From an uncultured delta proteobacterium (GTDB lineage: Bacteria > Desulfobacterota > Desulfobacteria > Desulfobacterales > QNYZ01), in the NCBI GenBank assembly GCA_963845145.1, contig CAWJQU010000013.1:128001-192000 (forward strand): a stretch of DNA of 64,000 nucleotides. Reading direction: 5' to 3'. The notes below the pieces were generated by a model that had not been told where the DNA came from, ran no database searches, and saw only the letters and a program-made list of their open reading frames with translations. Below, one piece after another: positions 18,595-28,718 of the stretch; position 1 is the stretch's first letter; each line of letters opens with the position of its first letter. The position numbers and the translations under genes were made by a program.

Positions 18595-20049
18595 ATGTCA
18601 TTGCCATTATTGAAAAACTATATCGACGGAGAATGGGTGCAGTCCGAATCGACAACCATCGGCGATGTTTGGAATCCCGCCAAAGGCGAAAAAATTGCCC
18701 AAGTTCCCTACAGCACGAAAAACGATGTAGATAAAGCCGTTGCAGCCGCCAAAGATGCCTATGCAGAATGGCGTACGACACCCCCACTGTCGCGGGCAAG
18801 GTACCTGTTTCGGCTGAAAGAGGCTTTTGAGGAAAATTTTGAGGAAATCGCGCGTACATTAACAACCGAGCAGGGTAAATGTGTGGATGAAGCACGCGGC
18901 GAAGTCCGACGTATGATTGAAAATGTGGAGCATGCCACGGGGGTGACCACGCTCATGTGCGGTTATACGCTGGAAGATATCGCCCAGGGGATCGATTGCT
19001 ACGGCCACCGCCAACCCATGGGGGTGTTTGCCGCTATCGTTCCGTACAACTTTCCGGCAATGGTGGCCTGGTGGTTTCTGCCTTATGCCCTTGTCTCTGG
19101 AAACACCTTTATTGTCAAACCCTCCGAGCAGGTGCCTATGACCCAGGCCAAGATATTTGAGATCGTCGATGAAGTTGGGTTTCCGGAAGGCGTGGTCAAC
19201 ATGGTGCATGGGTCCCGCGATGTGGTCAATGCACTTTTAGATCATCCAGACATTGAGGGTATCTCTTTTGTGGGGTCGACCCCGACTGCGAAGTATATTT
19301 ACGAGCGGTGTGGGGCCACCGGTAAACGGGTGCAATCTTTGGGCGGTGCCAAGAACATTGTCGGTATCATGCCGGATGCCAATTTGGAAATCGGGATGCC
19401 CTCGTTGATCACCAGCTTTTTCGGATGCAGCGGCCAAAGATGCCTCTCCGGGTCGATATTGGCACCCGTGGGGGATAATGCCGATGCCATCATCGATGAA
19501 TTTGTATCCGCCGCTAAAATTATGAAAGTGGGTGATGGCTTGGATGAGAGCGCCGCTATGGGCCCGGTAGTTAGCGCCGCCCATAAAGAACGGGTACTCG
19601 GCTTTATCGAAAAAGGGGTTGAGGAGGGCGCCGACTTGATTATGGATGGGCGGGATTTCTCAGTTCCGGAATATCCCAATGGTTTTTTTGTGGGCCCAAC
19701 CATTTTTGACAATGTAACCTTGGATATGACCATCTCCTCCCAGGAGATTTTCGGCCCGGTGGTCAGTATCGTTCGCTGCAAGGATTTAGATGAAGTTATC
19801 AACCTGGTCAATACCCGCAACTACGCCAACGCCGCCTGTCTTTATACGTCCAGCGGAAGTGCAGCGCGGCAATTCAAGTATGAGGTGACCCCCAGTATGG
19901 TGGGTATCAATATCGGTATTGCGGCACCCATGAGTTTCTTCCCATTTGGCGGTGCCGGTAACTCTATGTTTGGAGATATCAAAGCGCATGGCCAGGAGAT
20001 TTTCCAGTTCTTTACCGACACCAAGGTGGTCATTGAGCGCTGGTTTTAG
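18595..20049 (+). CDS. mmsA: CoA-acylating (methyl)malonate-semialdehyde dehydrogenase
   Basis: PYNFPAM, KPSE, FVGST, GGAKN, GQRC (catalytic Cys), EIFGP, FPFGG, TKVVIERWF. Confidence 0.9.
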   Translation: MSLPLLKNYIDGEWVQSESTTIGDVWNPAKGEKIAQVPYSTKNDVDKAVAAAKDAYAEWRTTPPLSRARYLFRLKEAFEENFEEIARTLTTEQGKCVDEARGEVRRMIENVEHATGVTTLMCGYTLEDIAQGIDCYGHRQPMGVFAAIVPYNFPAMVAWWFLPYALVSGNTFIVKPSEQVPMTQAKIFEIVDEVGFPEGVVNMVHGSRDVVNALLDHPDIEGISFVGSTPTAKYIYERCGATGKRVQSLGGAKNIVGIMPDANLEIGMPSLITSFFGCSGQRCLSGSILAPVGDNADAIIDEFVSAAKIMKVGDGLDESAAMGPVVSAAHKERVLGFIEKGVEEGADLIMDGRDFSVPEYPNGFFVGPTIFDNVTLDMTISSQEIFGPVVSIVRCKDLDEVINLVNTRNYANAACLYTSSGSAARQFKYEVTPSMVGINIGIAAPMSFFPFGGAGNSMFGDIKAHGQEIFQFFTDTKVVIERWF

Positions 20050-20121
20050 TCGGCCATGTTTTTATAATATTATTTTGCACTCAGGGGGATGGCTTATTTT
20101 TTCCTTGAGCGCGAATGAGGG

Positions 20122-20559
20122 GTGATTGACATGCCACTAGAAAGTTTTGGAAGTATTTTGGGTTTTGCGGCGTCTTTGGAAAAAGATGACAAGGACTTTT
20201 ACCAAATGGCCGCCCAAAAAGAGGAAGCCGGTGAGCACAAGGCCTTGTTTGAAACGCTGGCCAAGGATGCGGCCAAACACATTAAACTGATTGAAAGGAC
20301 ACGACGGGAAAATGTGACTGAAATGATTTTAGAGCCCATAAGGGATTTTACCCGGGATGCATTTTGTGAAAGCTTTGAAAAGACCGAAATAATGAGTGGG
20401 CCTGTCCTTATAGAAACAGCCCGATGCCGGGAAGGGCGCGCCCAACGTTATTATGCCGAGGCCGCCGCAAAGATTAAGGCTTTACCCGAGGTTTCCCGTG
20501 CTTTGAAACGTATGGGGAAGAAACGACAATCTCACATGGATACGCTGGACGCTCTTTAA
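20122..20559 (+). CDS. Ferritin/rubrerythrin-like four-helix-bundle protein
   Basis: Repeated E...FY/YY helices (LEKDDKDFY, REGRAQRYY) and H at ExxH-equivalent positions. Confidence 0.6.
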   Translation: MIDMPLESFGSILGFAASLEKDDKDFYQMAAQKEEAGEHKALFETLAKDAAKHIKLIERTRRENVTEMILEPIRDFTRDAFCESFEKTEIMSGPVLIETARCREGRAQRYYAEAAAKIKALPEVSRALKRMGKKRQSHMDTLDAL

Positions 20560-20694
20560 ATTGACGTATGAGCCTGTTGGTCTGCTGCAGGCGGAGTTGC
20601 CGGTAACGTTTGAAGTGTATAACAGGGGTATTAATCTAACCTTTCACCCCACCGTATCAACTGATTTTTATTGGCAGGAAAGGAGCAAATTATC

Positions 20695-22077
20695 ATGAGT
20701 ACCAGCGCTGACAAGGTCAAAAACCTGGCCGCTCACACCTTCGGTACCTGGAACTGGCAGAAAAACTGGAAAGCACCCATGCTGATCGAGGATGCCGAAG
20801 GGATATATTTTTATGATGCCGATGGAAAGCCCTACATCGATTTTTCCTCCCAGCTGGTCTGTTCCAATTTAGGCCATAAGAACCCGGCATTGGTGGCGGC
20901 TATCTCCGAACAGGCAGGGAAGCTTCCCTATGTGGCGCCGGGCTTTACCACGAAAATTGCCACCGAGGCGGTGGAAGCTCTTTTGGATATGCTGCCGGAA
21001 AGCGTGGCCAGGTTCTTTTTTTCCACCAGCGGCACCGAGGCCAACGACGGCGCCCTGGCGATTACCCGGTTGCATAAAGCACCGGCTTATAAGGTGATTT
21101 CCCGGTACCATTCATTTCATGGGGCGACGCCGGCAGGCATGGCCTTTACCGGCGATCCCCGCCGTATCCCCATGGAACGGGTGGGGTACACGGTAAACGG
21201 TGTGTTGTTTGCACCGGATCCCTATTGCTATCGCTGTCCTTTTAACCAAACTTACCCGGCCTGTGATACGCAATGTGCTCGGTATCTCGACTATATGATC
21301 GCAGAAGAGGGAAATGTTGCCGCCATGATCGTTGAACCAGTGGTCGGGACCAATGGCCGAATCGTGCCGCCCCCGGCATACTACCCCATTGTCCGGGAAA
21401 TTTGCGACCGGCACGGCGTTCTGCTTATCGCCGACGAGGTGATGTCCGGCTGGTTTCGGACCGGTAAAGTGATGGCCATGGAACACTGGGGCGTGACGCC
21501 CGATATTATTACCACGGCCAAGGGCTGCACCTCGGCCTATACGCCCCTGGGCATAACTGCTGTCACGAAGCCGGTGTCCGATCATTTCGAGGACAACCTC
21601 TTTTGCCACGGCCATACCTATGCCTATCATGCGCTTTGCTTATCTGTGATACCGGCGGCCATGGGCGAGTATAAAAAACTGGTGGCGTCCGGGCTACTTG
21701 AAACCGTCAGCGCCTATTTGGAGAAAAAGTTGGTCGCTCTGTCCGAAAAACACCCCTGTGTGGGGGACGTGCGCGGTATCGGTCATTTTTGGGGCCTTGA
21801 AATTGTGAAAGACAGACGGACTAAGGAGCCTTTTAACACCAAGGAGGATAAACTCACCGGTGCGCCGCTCATGACCGCTAAAATTGCCGGAGCCGCAATG
21901 CAGGCTGGGCTCTACCTCATGCCCTGGTACGATACACTGATGATTGCACCCCCATTGATCATCACCACGGAACAGGTGGATGAGGCGCTGGCTATTCTTG
22001 ACAAAGCTTTGGAAATTGGTGATCAGGAAGCTACCGAGACCGATGTTCCGGTTTCCCAAAGTTCCCAGTACCGGTAA
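20695..22077 (+). CDS. Class III aminotransferase, likely beta-alanine aminotransferase
   Basis: SGTEAN, SFHG, LLIADEVMSGWFRTG, TTAKG (PLP Lys), GHTY. Operon context with pyrimidine reduction genes and mmsA. Confidence 0.85.
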   Translation: MSTSADKVKNLAAHTFGTWNWQKNWKAPMLIEDAEGIYFYDADGKPYIDFSSQLVCSNLGHKNPALVAAISEQAGKLPYVAPGFTTKIATEAVEALLDMLPESVARFFFSTSGTEANDGALAITRLHKAPAYKVISRYHSFHGATPAGMAFTGDPRRIPMERVGYTVNGVLFAPDPYCYRCPFNQTYPACDTQCARYLDYMIAEEGNVAAMIVEPVVGTNGRIVPPPAYYPIVREICDRHGVLLIADEVMSGWFRTGKVMAMEHWGVTPDIITTAKGCTSAYTPLGITAVTKPVSDHFEDNLFCHGHTYAYHALCLSVIPAAMGEYKKLVASGLLETVSAYLEKKLVALSEKHPCVGDVRGIGHFWGLEIVKDRRTKEPFNTKEDKLTGAPLMTAKIAGAAMQAGLYLMPWYDTLMIAPPLIITTEQVDEALAILDKALEIGDQEATETDVPVSQSSQYR

Positions 22078-22225
22078 TGCAAAGCCCGATTTCATGCGCC
22101 AAATTTGATATTGTCAGGTTTGATATTATCGGGCTTAATAAGATCGCGTTAAACATAGCATGGCTCTCATTTACCGGCCACTTCCTCCAAACGCTTAACC
22201 TTTTTGTTTTTAGGGAGGACGACAA

Positions 22226-23587
22226 TTGAACGAATTGGACAAATTTTCACGGATGCGTAAAGGAATGGACCTGGCCCAGGCGATCGCCGAGGCGGATCGG
22301 TGTCTGCTTTGCCATGATGCGCCCTGTTCAACCGGATGTCCAGCGGAAACAAAGCCGGGCGAGTTTATTCGAAAATTACGATTTAAAAATATCACCGGTG
22401 CCATTCGTACCATCAAGATGAACAACATCCTTGGCGGCGCTTGCGGTGTTCTTTGCCCCACCCACCGATTGTGTGAAGAAAAATGCAGCGCCCGGTTCGC
22501 TTCGGAAAATCGGCCCGAAGGGGCGGATCGGCCGATTCAAATCGGTGCGATTCAGCGGTTTTTAGTGGAGCACGGATGGAATATCGGGTTCACTGTGTTT
22601 GATCGTCCTGCACCACGAGTGGAAAAGGTGGCGGTGGTGGGTTCCGGTCCGGCCGGGTTGAGTTGTGCGGCTGAACTGGCCAAGTCCGGTATTGCCGCGA
22701 CGATTTATGAGGCCCGCCCGGAACCCGGGGGCGTTTTGCGCTATGGTGTGGTTGCCCATCGTTTCGATATCGATTTTCTGAGCCGAGAGTTGGCGGATAT
22801 TCGTTCGTTAGGCGTCTCATTCAAGTGTGACACCCCCATCGATCAACCCGGTGGGGCTGAAAAATTGCTCGATAACGGGTATGACGCGGTGTTTTTAGGG
22901 CCCGGTTTGTGGGACGCCGCCACCCTGAAGCCGAATGGCACAATCATGGAGAGCCTGTTCTCCTCGGTCGATTATCTTTCGGCCTTGCGCGACGGTCGCC
23001 TGGCGGAGATGGTGTCACGGGTCAAGGGCAACACTGTGGCGGTGATTGGTGGCGGCTCCGTGGCCATGGATTGTATTGAGTCGGCCATGCAATTGGGTGC
23101 CAAGGACGTCTATTTGGTCTATCGACGTTCCTATTCCCAAATGCCGGCTGAAGCTGATGAGCGGGTTGAGGCGCTCGAATCTGGCGTTCACTTTCTATTA
23201 TTAAATCAACCGGTCGAATATACCACTAGTGACGATGGTAAGGTGAATGGCCTGAAATTAATGCGAACCTGTTTGGGTGATCCGGATGATTCCGGGCGTC
23301 GCCGTCCCGAGATCATCGCCGATAGTGAGTGGGTGCTGGATGCGGATGTGGTCATCGAGGCCATCGGCAACCAGGCGCCACCGGATTTGGCGCTATCGTA
23401 TCCGGGCGTGGATGTGGATGCCCGGGGATTGATTCAGGCTGATTCCGAAACCGGAAAGACATCGATGCCTGGTATTTTCGCCGGGGGGGATATCGTCCGG
23501 GGGCCGGCATTGGTGGTAAATGCCGTTCAAGATGGAAAAACGGCTGCACGTGCCATCATCGCCTATCTGAATGAACGGGAGGGATAA
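22226..23587 (+). CDS. preT: Dihydropyrimidine dehydrogenase subunit PreT (GltD-like)
   Basis: CLLCHDAPCSTGCP, CGVLCP, GSGPAG, GGGSVAMD, FAGGD. Directly upstream of preA. Confidence 0.85.
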   Translation: MNELDKFSRMRKGMDLAQAIAEADRCLLCHDAPCSTGCPAETKPGEFIRKLRFKNITGAIRTIKMNNILGGACGVLCPTHRLCEEKCSARFASENRPEGADRPIQIGAIQRFLVEHGWNIGFTVFDRPAPRVEKVAVVGSGPAGLSCAAELAKSGIAATIYEARPEPGGVLRYGVVAHRFDIDFLSRELADIRSLGVSFKCDTPIDQPGGAEKLLDNGYDAVFLGPGLWDAATLKPNGTIMESLFSSVDYLSALRDGRLAEMVSRVKGNTVAVIGGGSVAMDCIESAMQLGAKDVYLVYRRSYSQMPAEADERVEALESGVHFLLLNQPVEYTTSDDGKVNGLKLMRTCLGDPDDSGRRRPEIIADSEWVLDADVVIEAIGNQAPPDLALSYPGVDVDARGLIQADSETGKTSMPGIFAGGDIVRGPALVVNAVQDGKTAARAIIAYLNEREG

Positions 23588-23589
23588 CC

Positions 23590-24912
23590 ATGGCCGACCT
23601 TATTCGTCCATCTGTCGACTTATCCGTAGATTTTTGTGGGGTCACTTTCAAGAACCCGTTTTTACTCTCTTCTTCGCCTGTTTCCAATAGTGCTGAAATG
23701 GTCGAGAAGGCCTTTGAAGCCGGCTGGAGCGGGGTGGTCTTCAAGACCTTAAATTCGGATCGGTTGCCGATTACGCATCCGTCGCCACGGATGCATTGCA
23801 TCGATTACGGGGGCCAAAAAGAGATCGCTGTTCAGAATGTGGAGCAGATTTCGGATCGACCCCTAAAACACAACCTGATGGAATTCCAATATCTCAAAAA
23901 GCATTACCCCGATTATCCCATCATCGCCAGCATCATGGGGTTCTTCGAAGATGAATGGGTCTATCTGGCCAAAATGGCTGAAGATAACGGCGCCGACATG
24001 TTGGAGCTCAATTTTTCATGTCCGCATATGTGTATTGAAGGCTCAGGGCACAAGGTTGGGCAGGCGTTTCATCTGCTGGAGCAATTTACCTCTGCGGTGA
24101 AAAAAAATGTGACCATTCCGGTTATCGCCAAAATGACGCCCAATATTACCGATATGACCGAGCCGGCCCTCTATGCCAAAAACGGCGGGGCCGATGCCAT
24201 CTCGGCGATTAATACCGTACGCGGCATTTCGGCGGTCGGCTTGGACGACTGGGTGCCCCAACCCAATATCTTCGGCAAAGGCGCCATCAGCGGCACCAGT
24301 GGCCCGGCGGTCAAACCCATCGGGTTGAACTTTATTGCCTCCATGGCCCAATGTATGGATCTGGGGTTGCCCCTGTCGGGGATCGGCGGCATTGAGACCT
24401 GGGTTGATGCCCTCGAATTTATGCTGCTCGGTTCGACGACCATTCAGGTAACCACCGGAATCATGCATTATGGATACCGGATTGTTGAGGATATGATCGA
24501 GGGGCTTTCCGATTATATGGCCCAACGAGGTATCACGCGGGTCACCGATCTGGTGGGAAAAGCCTTACCCCACCTGCATGAAACCGATCGCTTTGAACTC
24601 GATCGCCAGGGGATCACCCAATACGATCTGGATCGCTGCATCGGCTGCGGCCAATGCCTGATTGTCTGCAATGATGCTGCAGGCCAGGCCATTGAATGGG
24701 ATAGCGAACGTCGCCGGCCCCAATTGATTGAAGACAAATGCTTAAGTTGCATGCTCTGCTCTTTTGTCTGCCCGGTGCCTGGCATGATCACCTTTAAAGA
24801 GATGCCCAGAGACTGGCAACGCCAGGAGACGTCCGTCAAGGATCCGAGTCTGGAGAAAAAATTAAAGTACAAGCCATTTACCAAGGAGGCGCCCAATGAG
24901 TGTATTGCTTAA
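23590..24912 (+). CDS. preA: Dihydropyrimidine dehydrogenase subunit PreA
   Basis: NVEQISD, ELNFSCPH, KMTPN, SAINT, SGPAVKPI and two C-terminal 4Fe-4S motifs. Confidence 0.92.
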   Translation: MADLIRPSVDLSVDFCGVTFKNPFLLSSSPVSNSAEMVEKAFEAGWSGVVFKTLNSDRLPITHPSPRMHCIDYGGQKEIAVQNVEQISDRPLKHNLMEFQYLKKHYPDYPIIASIMGFFEDEWVYLAKMAEDNGADMLELNFSCPHMCIEGSGHKVGQAFHLLEQFTSAVKKNVTIPVIAKMTPNITDMTEPALYAKNGGADAISAINTVRGISAVGLDDWVPQPNIFGKGAISGTSGPAVKPIGLNFIASMAQCMDLGLPLSGIGGIETWVDALEFMLLGSTTIQVTTGIMHYGYRIVEDMIEGLSDYMAQRGITRVTDLVGKALPHLHETDRFELDRQGITQYDLDRCIGCGQCLIVCNDAAGQAIEWDSERRRPQLIEDKCLSCMLCSFVCPVPGMITFKEMPRDWQRQETSVKDPSLEKKLKYKPFTKEAPNECIA

Positions 24913-26287
24913 AAACGGAACCATCGTCAACGCAACCGGCCGTTATACTGCGGACGTCTATGCAGAGAATGACCGCATAAAAGCGATTGGCAAGGATCTT
25001 GACTATGCCGCTGACGAAATCGTCGATGCGAAAGGTAAGTATATTCTGCCGGGTGCTATTGATCCGCACACCCATATCTCCATGCCTTTCATGGGGACCC
25101 ACGCCCAGGATGATTATGAAACCGGTACCATCGCCGCTGCCTGTGGTGGGGTGACCTGTGTGGTAGATTTTGATTTGCAGCAAAAAGGCGAAACGTTATT
25201 CGAGGCCCTTGAGCGGAAAAAAGCTTTGGCCGAGGGCAAGGTGGCCGTGGACTACTCTTTGCATCCAGCGGTGATGGATCCCCGGCCGGACGTGATTGAA
25301 GAGGTCAAAAGGGCTTGTCAGGAATACGGCACCCCCAGTTTCAAGATCTTCATGGTTTACGATTTCCGGGTGGATGACGCCACCATGATCAAGCTTTTGG
25401 AAGAGACCAAAAAATACGGTGGACTGGTCCAGGTCCACGCTGAAAACGTCTATATTGTTCAGCACATGAATGAGGTGTTGGCCAAGGAGGGCAAGCTTGA
25501 TCCATACTACCATGCCATGAGTCGTCCCAATATCGCCGAAGAAGAGGCCATTTACCGGGCTTCCAAAATGGTGGAACTGACCGACTCCCGTATTTATATC
25601 GTCCACCTCTCCTCCAAAGAAGGGCTTTGGGTTGTTAAAAACGCGCGTGATCGTGGGGTGAACATTTTTGCTGAAACATGCCCGCAATATCTGTTGCTGG
25701 ACGACGAGCGCTACAAAGAACCCGATTTTAACGGCGCCAAATACGTGATGAGCCCACCGTTGCGTACCAAAGAGAGTAACGACGCTTTGTGGGAGGGGTT
25801 GCGTGGTGGTGATCTTCAAGTGGTGGCCACCGATCACTGCCCGTTTGATTTCAAGGGTAAAAAAGACATGTTCGGCAAGGACGATTACAAGAAGATCCCC
25901 AACGGTGCTCCCGGTATTGAGACCCTGCTGATGCTCATGCATTCGGAAGGGGTGGCCAAGGGACGTATCACTCTGGAGAAGATGGTGGATGTTCTTTCCA
26001 CCAGTACGGCCAGAATGTTCGGCCTGGCGGACAAAGGTGAAATTGCCGTGGGCAAGGATGCCGATATGGTGGTATTCGATGCGGATCGAAAGTTCACCAT
26101 AACCCAGCCGAAATTACATATGAATATCGATTATACCCCGTTTGAAGGGATGGAGATGACCGGGATGCCGGATATGGTCTATTCCCGCGGGAAGAAAGTC
26201 GCCCAATGGAACGGCGAGCAAATGGATTTCGTCGGTCAGGCGGGGCATGGGAGGTTTGTCAAACGAGAGCCATTTGAGGGGTTTTAG
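24896..26287 (+). CDS. hydA: Dihydropyrimidinase
   Basis: DPHTH, SFKIFMVY, HAEN, VHLSS, SPPLR, ATDHCPF. Confidence 0.92.
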   Translation: MSVLLKNGTIVNATGRYTADVYAENDRIKAIGKDLDYAADEIVDAKGKYILPGAIDPHTHISMPFMGTHAQDDYETGTIAAACGGVTCVVDFDLQQKGETLFEALERKKALAEGKVAVDYSLHPAVMDPRPDVIEEVKRACQEYGTPSFKIFMVYDFRVDDATMIKLLEETKKYGGLVQVHAENVYIVQHMNEVLAKEGKLDPYYHAMSRPNIAEEEAIYRASKMVELTDSRIYIVHLSSKEGLWVVKNARDRGVNIFAETCPQYLLLDDERYKEPDFNGAKYVMSPPLRTKESNDALWEGLRGGDLQVVATDHCPFDFKGKKDMFGKDDYKKIPNGAPGIETLLMLMHSEGVAKGRITLEKMVDVLSTSTARMFGLADKGEIAVGKDADMVVFDADRKFTITQPKLHMNIDYTPFEGMEMTGMPDMVYSRGKKVAQWNGEQMDFVGQAGHGRFVKREPFEGF

Positions 26288-26291
26288 AGAA

Positions 26292-26400
26292 AATATCGAA
26301 TAGCGAACCCGCCACAACCCCGGCGGACCGGCAAGGAACTGCAGAATGATGAAGGATTTCCTTTGACCTTCGACATTCCTTGTTCGATATTCTGCGGTTC
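26292..26400. repeat. REP-like composite palindromic element
   Basis: AATATCGAA (26292) pairs with TTCGATATT (26383); GAACTGCAGAAT (26336) with ATTCTGCGGTTC (26389); inner CCGCC/GGCGG hairpin. Confidence 0.55.
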
Positions 26401-26415
26401 TATTTTTTAATTGTT

Positions 26416-26462
26416 AAAAAAAGGGTGCAATGAACGATTAACCATTCATTGCACCCTTTTTG
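26416..26462. terminator. Bidirectional intrinsic terminator between convergent hydA and cooS
   Basis: AAAAGGGTGCAATGAA / TTCATTGCACCCTTTT perfect stem with A and T runs on either side. Confidence 0.85.
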
Positions 26463-26487
26463 TTTTTACTGGCAGCAAGGCAGCGCT

Positions 26488-28476
26488 TTAGGCCGCATCA
26501 AGCGCCTGGCGATCGGCCATGGTCATGAGGACCCTTTCTCTGGATTTATCGATACCCAATGCTTTACGTTTTTTATCGATGTGGGCAATCATTTTTTTGG
26601 CCATTTCGTATGGATCCGGTTCAAAGCCCCATTTTCCCAAGCCCTGTTTTTCCAACCCATCAAACAACAGATTGTGGAATTTGGTATCTTTCACAATGGG
26701 GAAGGTGACGCCGAAGATTGTATAAACCCCTGAAGCCACAAAGTATTGCCCGATACAGATAGCCTTTTCACTCATCCATTCCGGCGCCGCACCGGCCACC
26801 GGCAGGTCGGCGATACTCTCACCCAGGCCACCCACGCGAACCATTTCCGCGGCGGCGATCAGAATGCGACTGTTGTCTACACAAGACCCAAGTCCCAATA
26901 CCGGCGGCATTCCGACGGTTTCACAAACTTCGCTCAAGCCCGGTCCGGCCAGGTGCGCGGCTTCAGGCGTATATAGCCCCGCCTTGGCAATAGCCAGCTG
27001 GGAACACCCGGTTTGTAATACCAGCACATCATTTTTAATCAGTTCCTTGACCAGTTCAATATGAACATAATCCTGTTTGACGCGGGGATTGGTACAACCC
27101 ACGACGCCCGCCACACCGCGAATGCGGCCGTTGATAATATTGTCGTTGAGCGGGGCATAGGAGCCGCGGAAAGATCCGCCGAGCATATAGTTAATATACT
27201 CATAGGAAAATCCATGGATGCCGGGATTGGTAATCCGGGGGATTTCAATCGGTTTATTCCGGTTTTTAAAGCGGGTAATGGCTTTGATGACCACTTCGTC
27301 GGTGCAATCCAGCGGCGTGTGGTCTTTAAATTGGATATGGGTCGCCCCTTCAATATGACATCTCGTATTGGTGGTGACCAATTCGGTACCGTAGCATTGG
27401 GCCACCGAAACCAATCCCTGTTTAATGCATTGAATATCCACGCACATGACATCGACCGCACCGGTACAAATGACCGCCTCTGTAGACATGAAGTTACCTG
27501 CATGGGGGATCCCGTGGCGGCTCATCATTTCAGCCCCGGAACAGCACATACCCACGAGATTGAGCCCCTTGGCTCCGGCCTTTATGGCTTCTTCTTTTAG
27601 GGAAGACTGATTAACCGATGTGATCATCGATTCAAATAAATTGGGTTCATGGCCATGGACGATGATATTGACCATATCTTCCTTGAGGACACCCATGTTG
27701 ACTTCAACATTCACCGGTGTCGGAGTACCATATAAAATGTCGGAAATTTCAGTGGCAACCATAGAGCCACCCCATCCATCGGCAAGGGCTGCCCGGCTGG
27801 ATTGTTTGGTAATATTTTCGTAATGTTGATCCACGCCCATGGCGCTCCGGTGCAACAACTCCATGATTTCGCGCATGGCACCCCGGGGAACGATATCGAG
27901 TTTTCGCCAGGTTTCCAGCGTCTTTGCCGGTACCCGTTTGGCAAATGGGATTTCGCCTTCGACCTGGGTATAGGTTCGTTCGAGCTCTTTATAAAGGTCC
28001 ATGGCGATATCTTTGTCGGTGCGTCCCTCGGTTTTAATCCCGATTGACTCGGCAACTGAGTAGAGCTTAAGCGGGTCTTTGATCTTGTAGTCGGTAATTT
28101 TCCCATTAACGACATCTCTGAAAAGGTCCACCATCACCATTCCGTGATCCGTATGGGCGGCCGAACCAGTGGCCACCATACGAGCAAAATTTCGCGACAT
28201 AATGGTATCAATCGTCGCCCCGCATACACCCACCTTGCCATAAGGATCTTTAGCATTTAAGCGGCAAGGGCCCATAGAGCAATGCTTACAACAAGCTGAA
28301 TCCGCACCAATAGGGCAGGCTTTCATAGAGGCCGCGCGGTCAAAGGCCGTTTCGACCCCATCCCGCCTGGCCTTGGCCAGCATCTGGGCGGTGGCGTCAC
28401 AACTGGTCCAGTCACTGATATTTGGTTGCGGTTTATCTTTTTTACGAATTGGGTTTTCAGCTATTTTATCAGCCAT
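26488..28476 (-). CDS. cooS: Anaerobic Ni-Fe carbon monoxide dehydrogenase catalytic subunit
   Basis: D/B-cluster CPIG...CCKHCSMGPC...GVCG; C-cluster ligands HGHEP, MCCSG, DIQC, VGCTN, TGCS, GSCVD; WMSEKA. Confidence 0.95.
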   Translation of the reverse strand: MADKIAENPIRKKDKPQPNISDWTSCDATAQMLAKARRDGVETAFDRAASMKACPIGADSACCKHCSMGPCRLNAKDPYGKVGVCGATIDTIMSRNFARMVATGSAAHTDHGMVMVDLFRDVVNGKITDYKIKDPLKLYSVAESIGIKTEGRTDKDIAMDLYKELERTYTQVEGEIPFAKRVPAKTLETWRKLDIVPRGAMREIMELLHRSAMGVDQHYENITKQSSRAALADGWGGSMVATEISDILYGTPTPVNVEVNMGVLKEDMVNIIVHGHEPNLFESMITSVNQSSLKEEAIKAGAKGLNLVGMCCSGAEMMSRHGIPHAGNFMSTEAVICTGAVDVMCVDIQCIKQGLVSVAQCYGTELVTTNTRCHIEGATHIQFKDHTPLDCTDEVVIKAITRFKNRNKPIEIPRITNPGIHGFSYEYINYMLGGSFRGSYAPLNDNIINGRIRGVAGVVGCTNPRVKQDYVHIELVKELIKNDVLVLQTGCSQLAIAKAGLYTPEAAHLAGPGLSEVCETVGMPPVLGLGSCVDNSRILIAAAEMVRVGGLGESIADLPVAGAAPEWMSEKAICIGQYFVASGVYTIFGVTFPIVKDTKFHNLLFDGLEKQGLGKWGFEPDPYEMAKKMIAHIDKKRKALGIDKSRERVLMTMADRQALDAA

Positions 28477-28718
28477 GTTACATCTCCTTGATTGTGTAAT
28501 AGATAATAGTAACGATTCCTAATATTGATTATTAATACAGGTTTGAAATGTGGGTTGTCAAGGAAAAAACACAGGAAAAAACATGCTGAAGCTGTTTTGG
28601 TGGTATTGTGCAGATAATGCAGGTTACTGACGCAGGCCGGAAGCCCATTGACAGCCCGGATTTTGTACGTTACGCAAACGGCTGTCAAACGATATGGTTA
28701 TAAATCCCCCGGGAAAAA

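Noticed and set aside
25196..25942. 248-aa antisense ORF in hydA (and similar antisense ORFs in mmsA, preA, cooS, dsrA and others)
   Set aside because: Codon-bias shadows of well-supported genes, with no recognisable domains.
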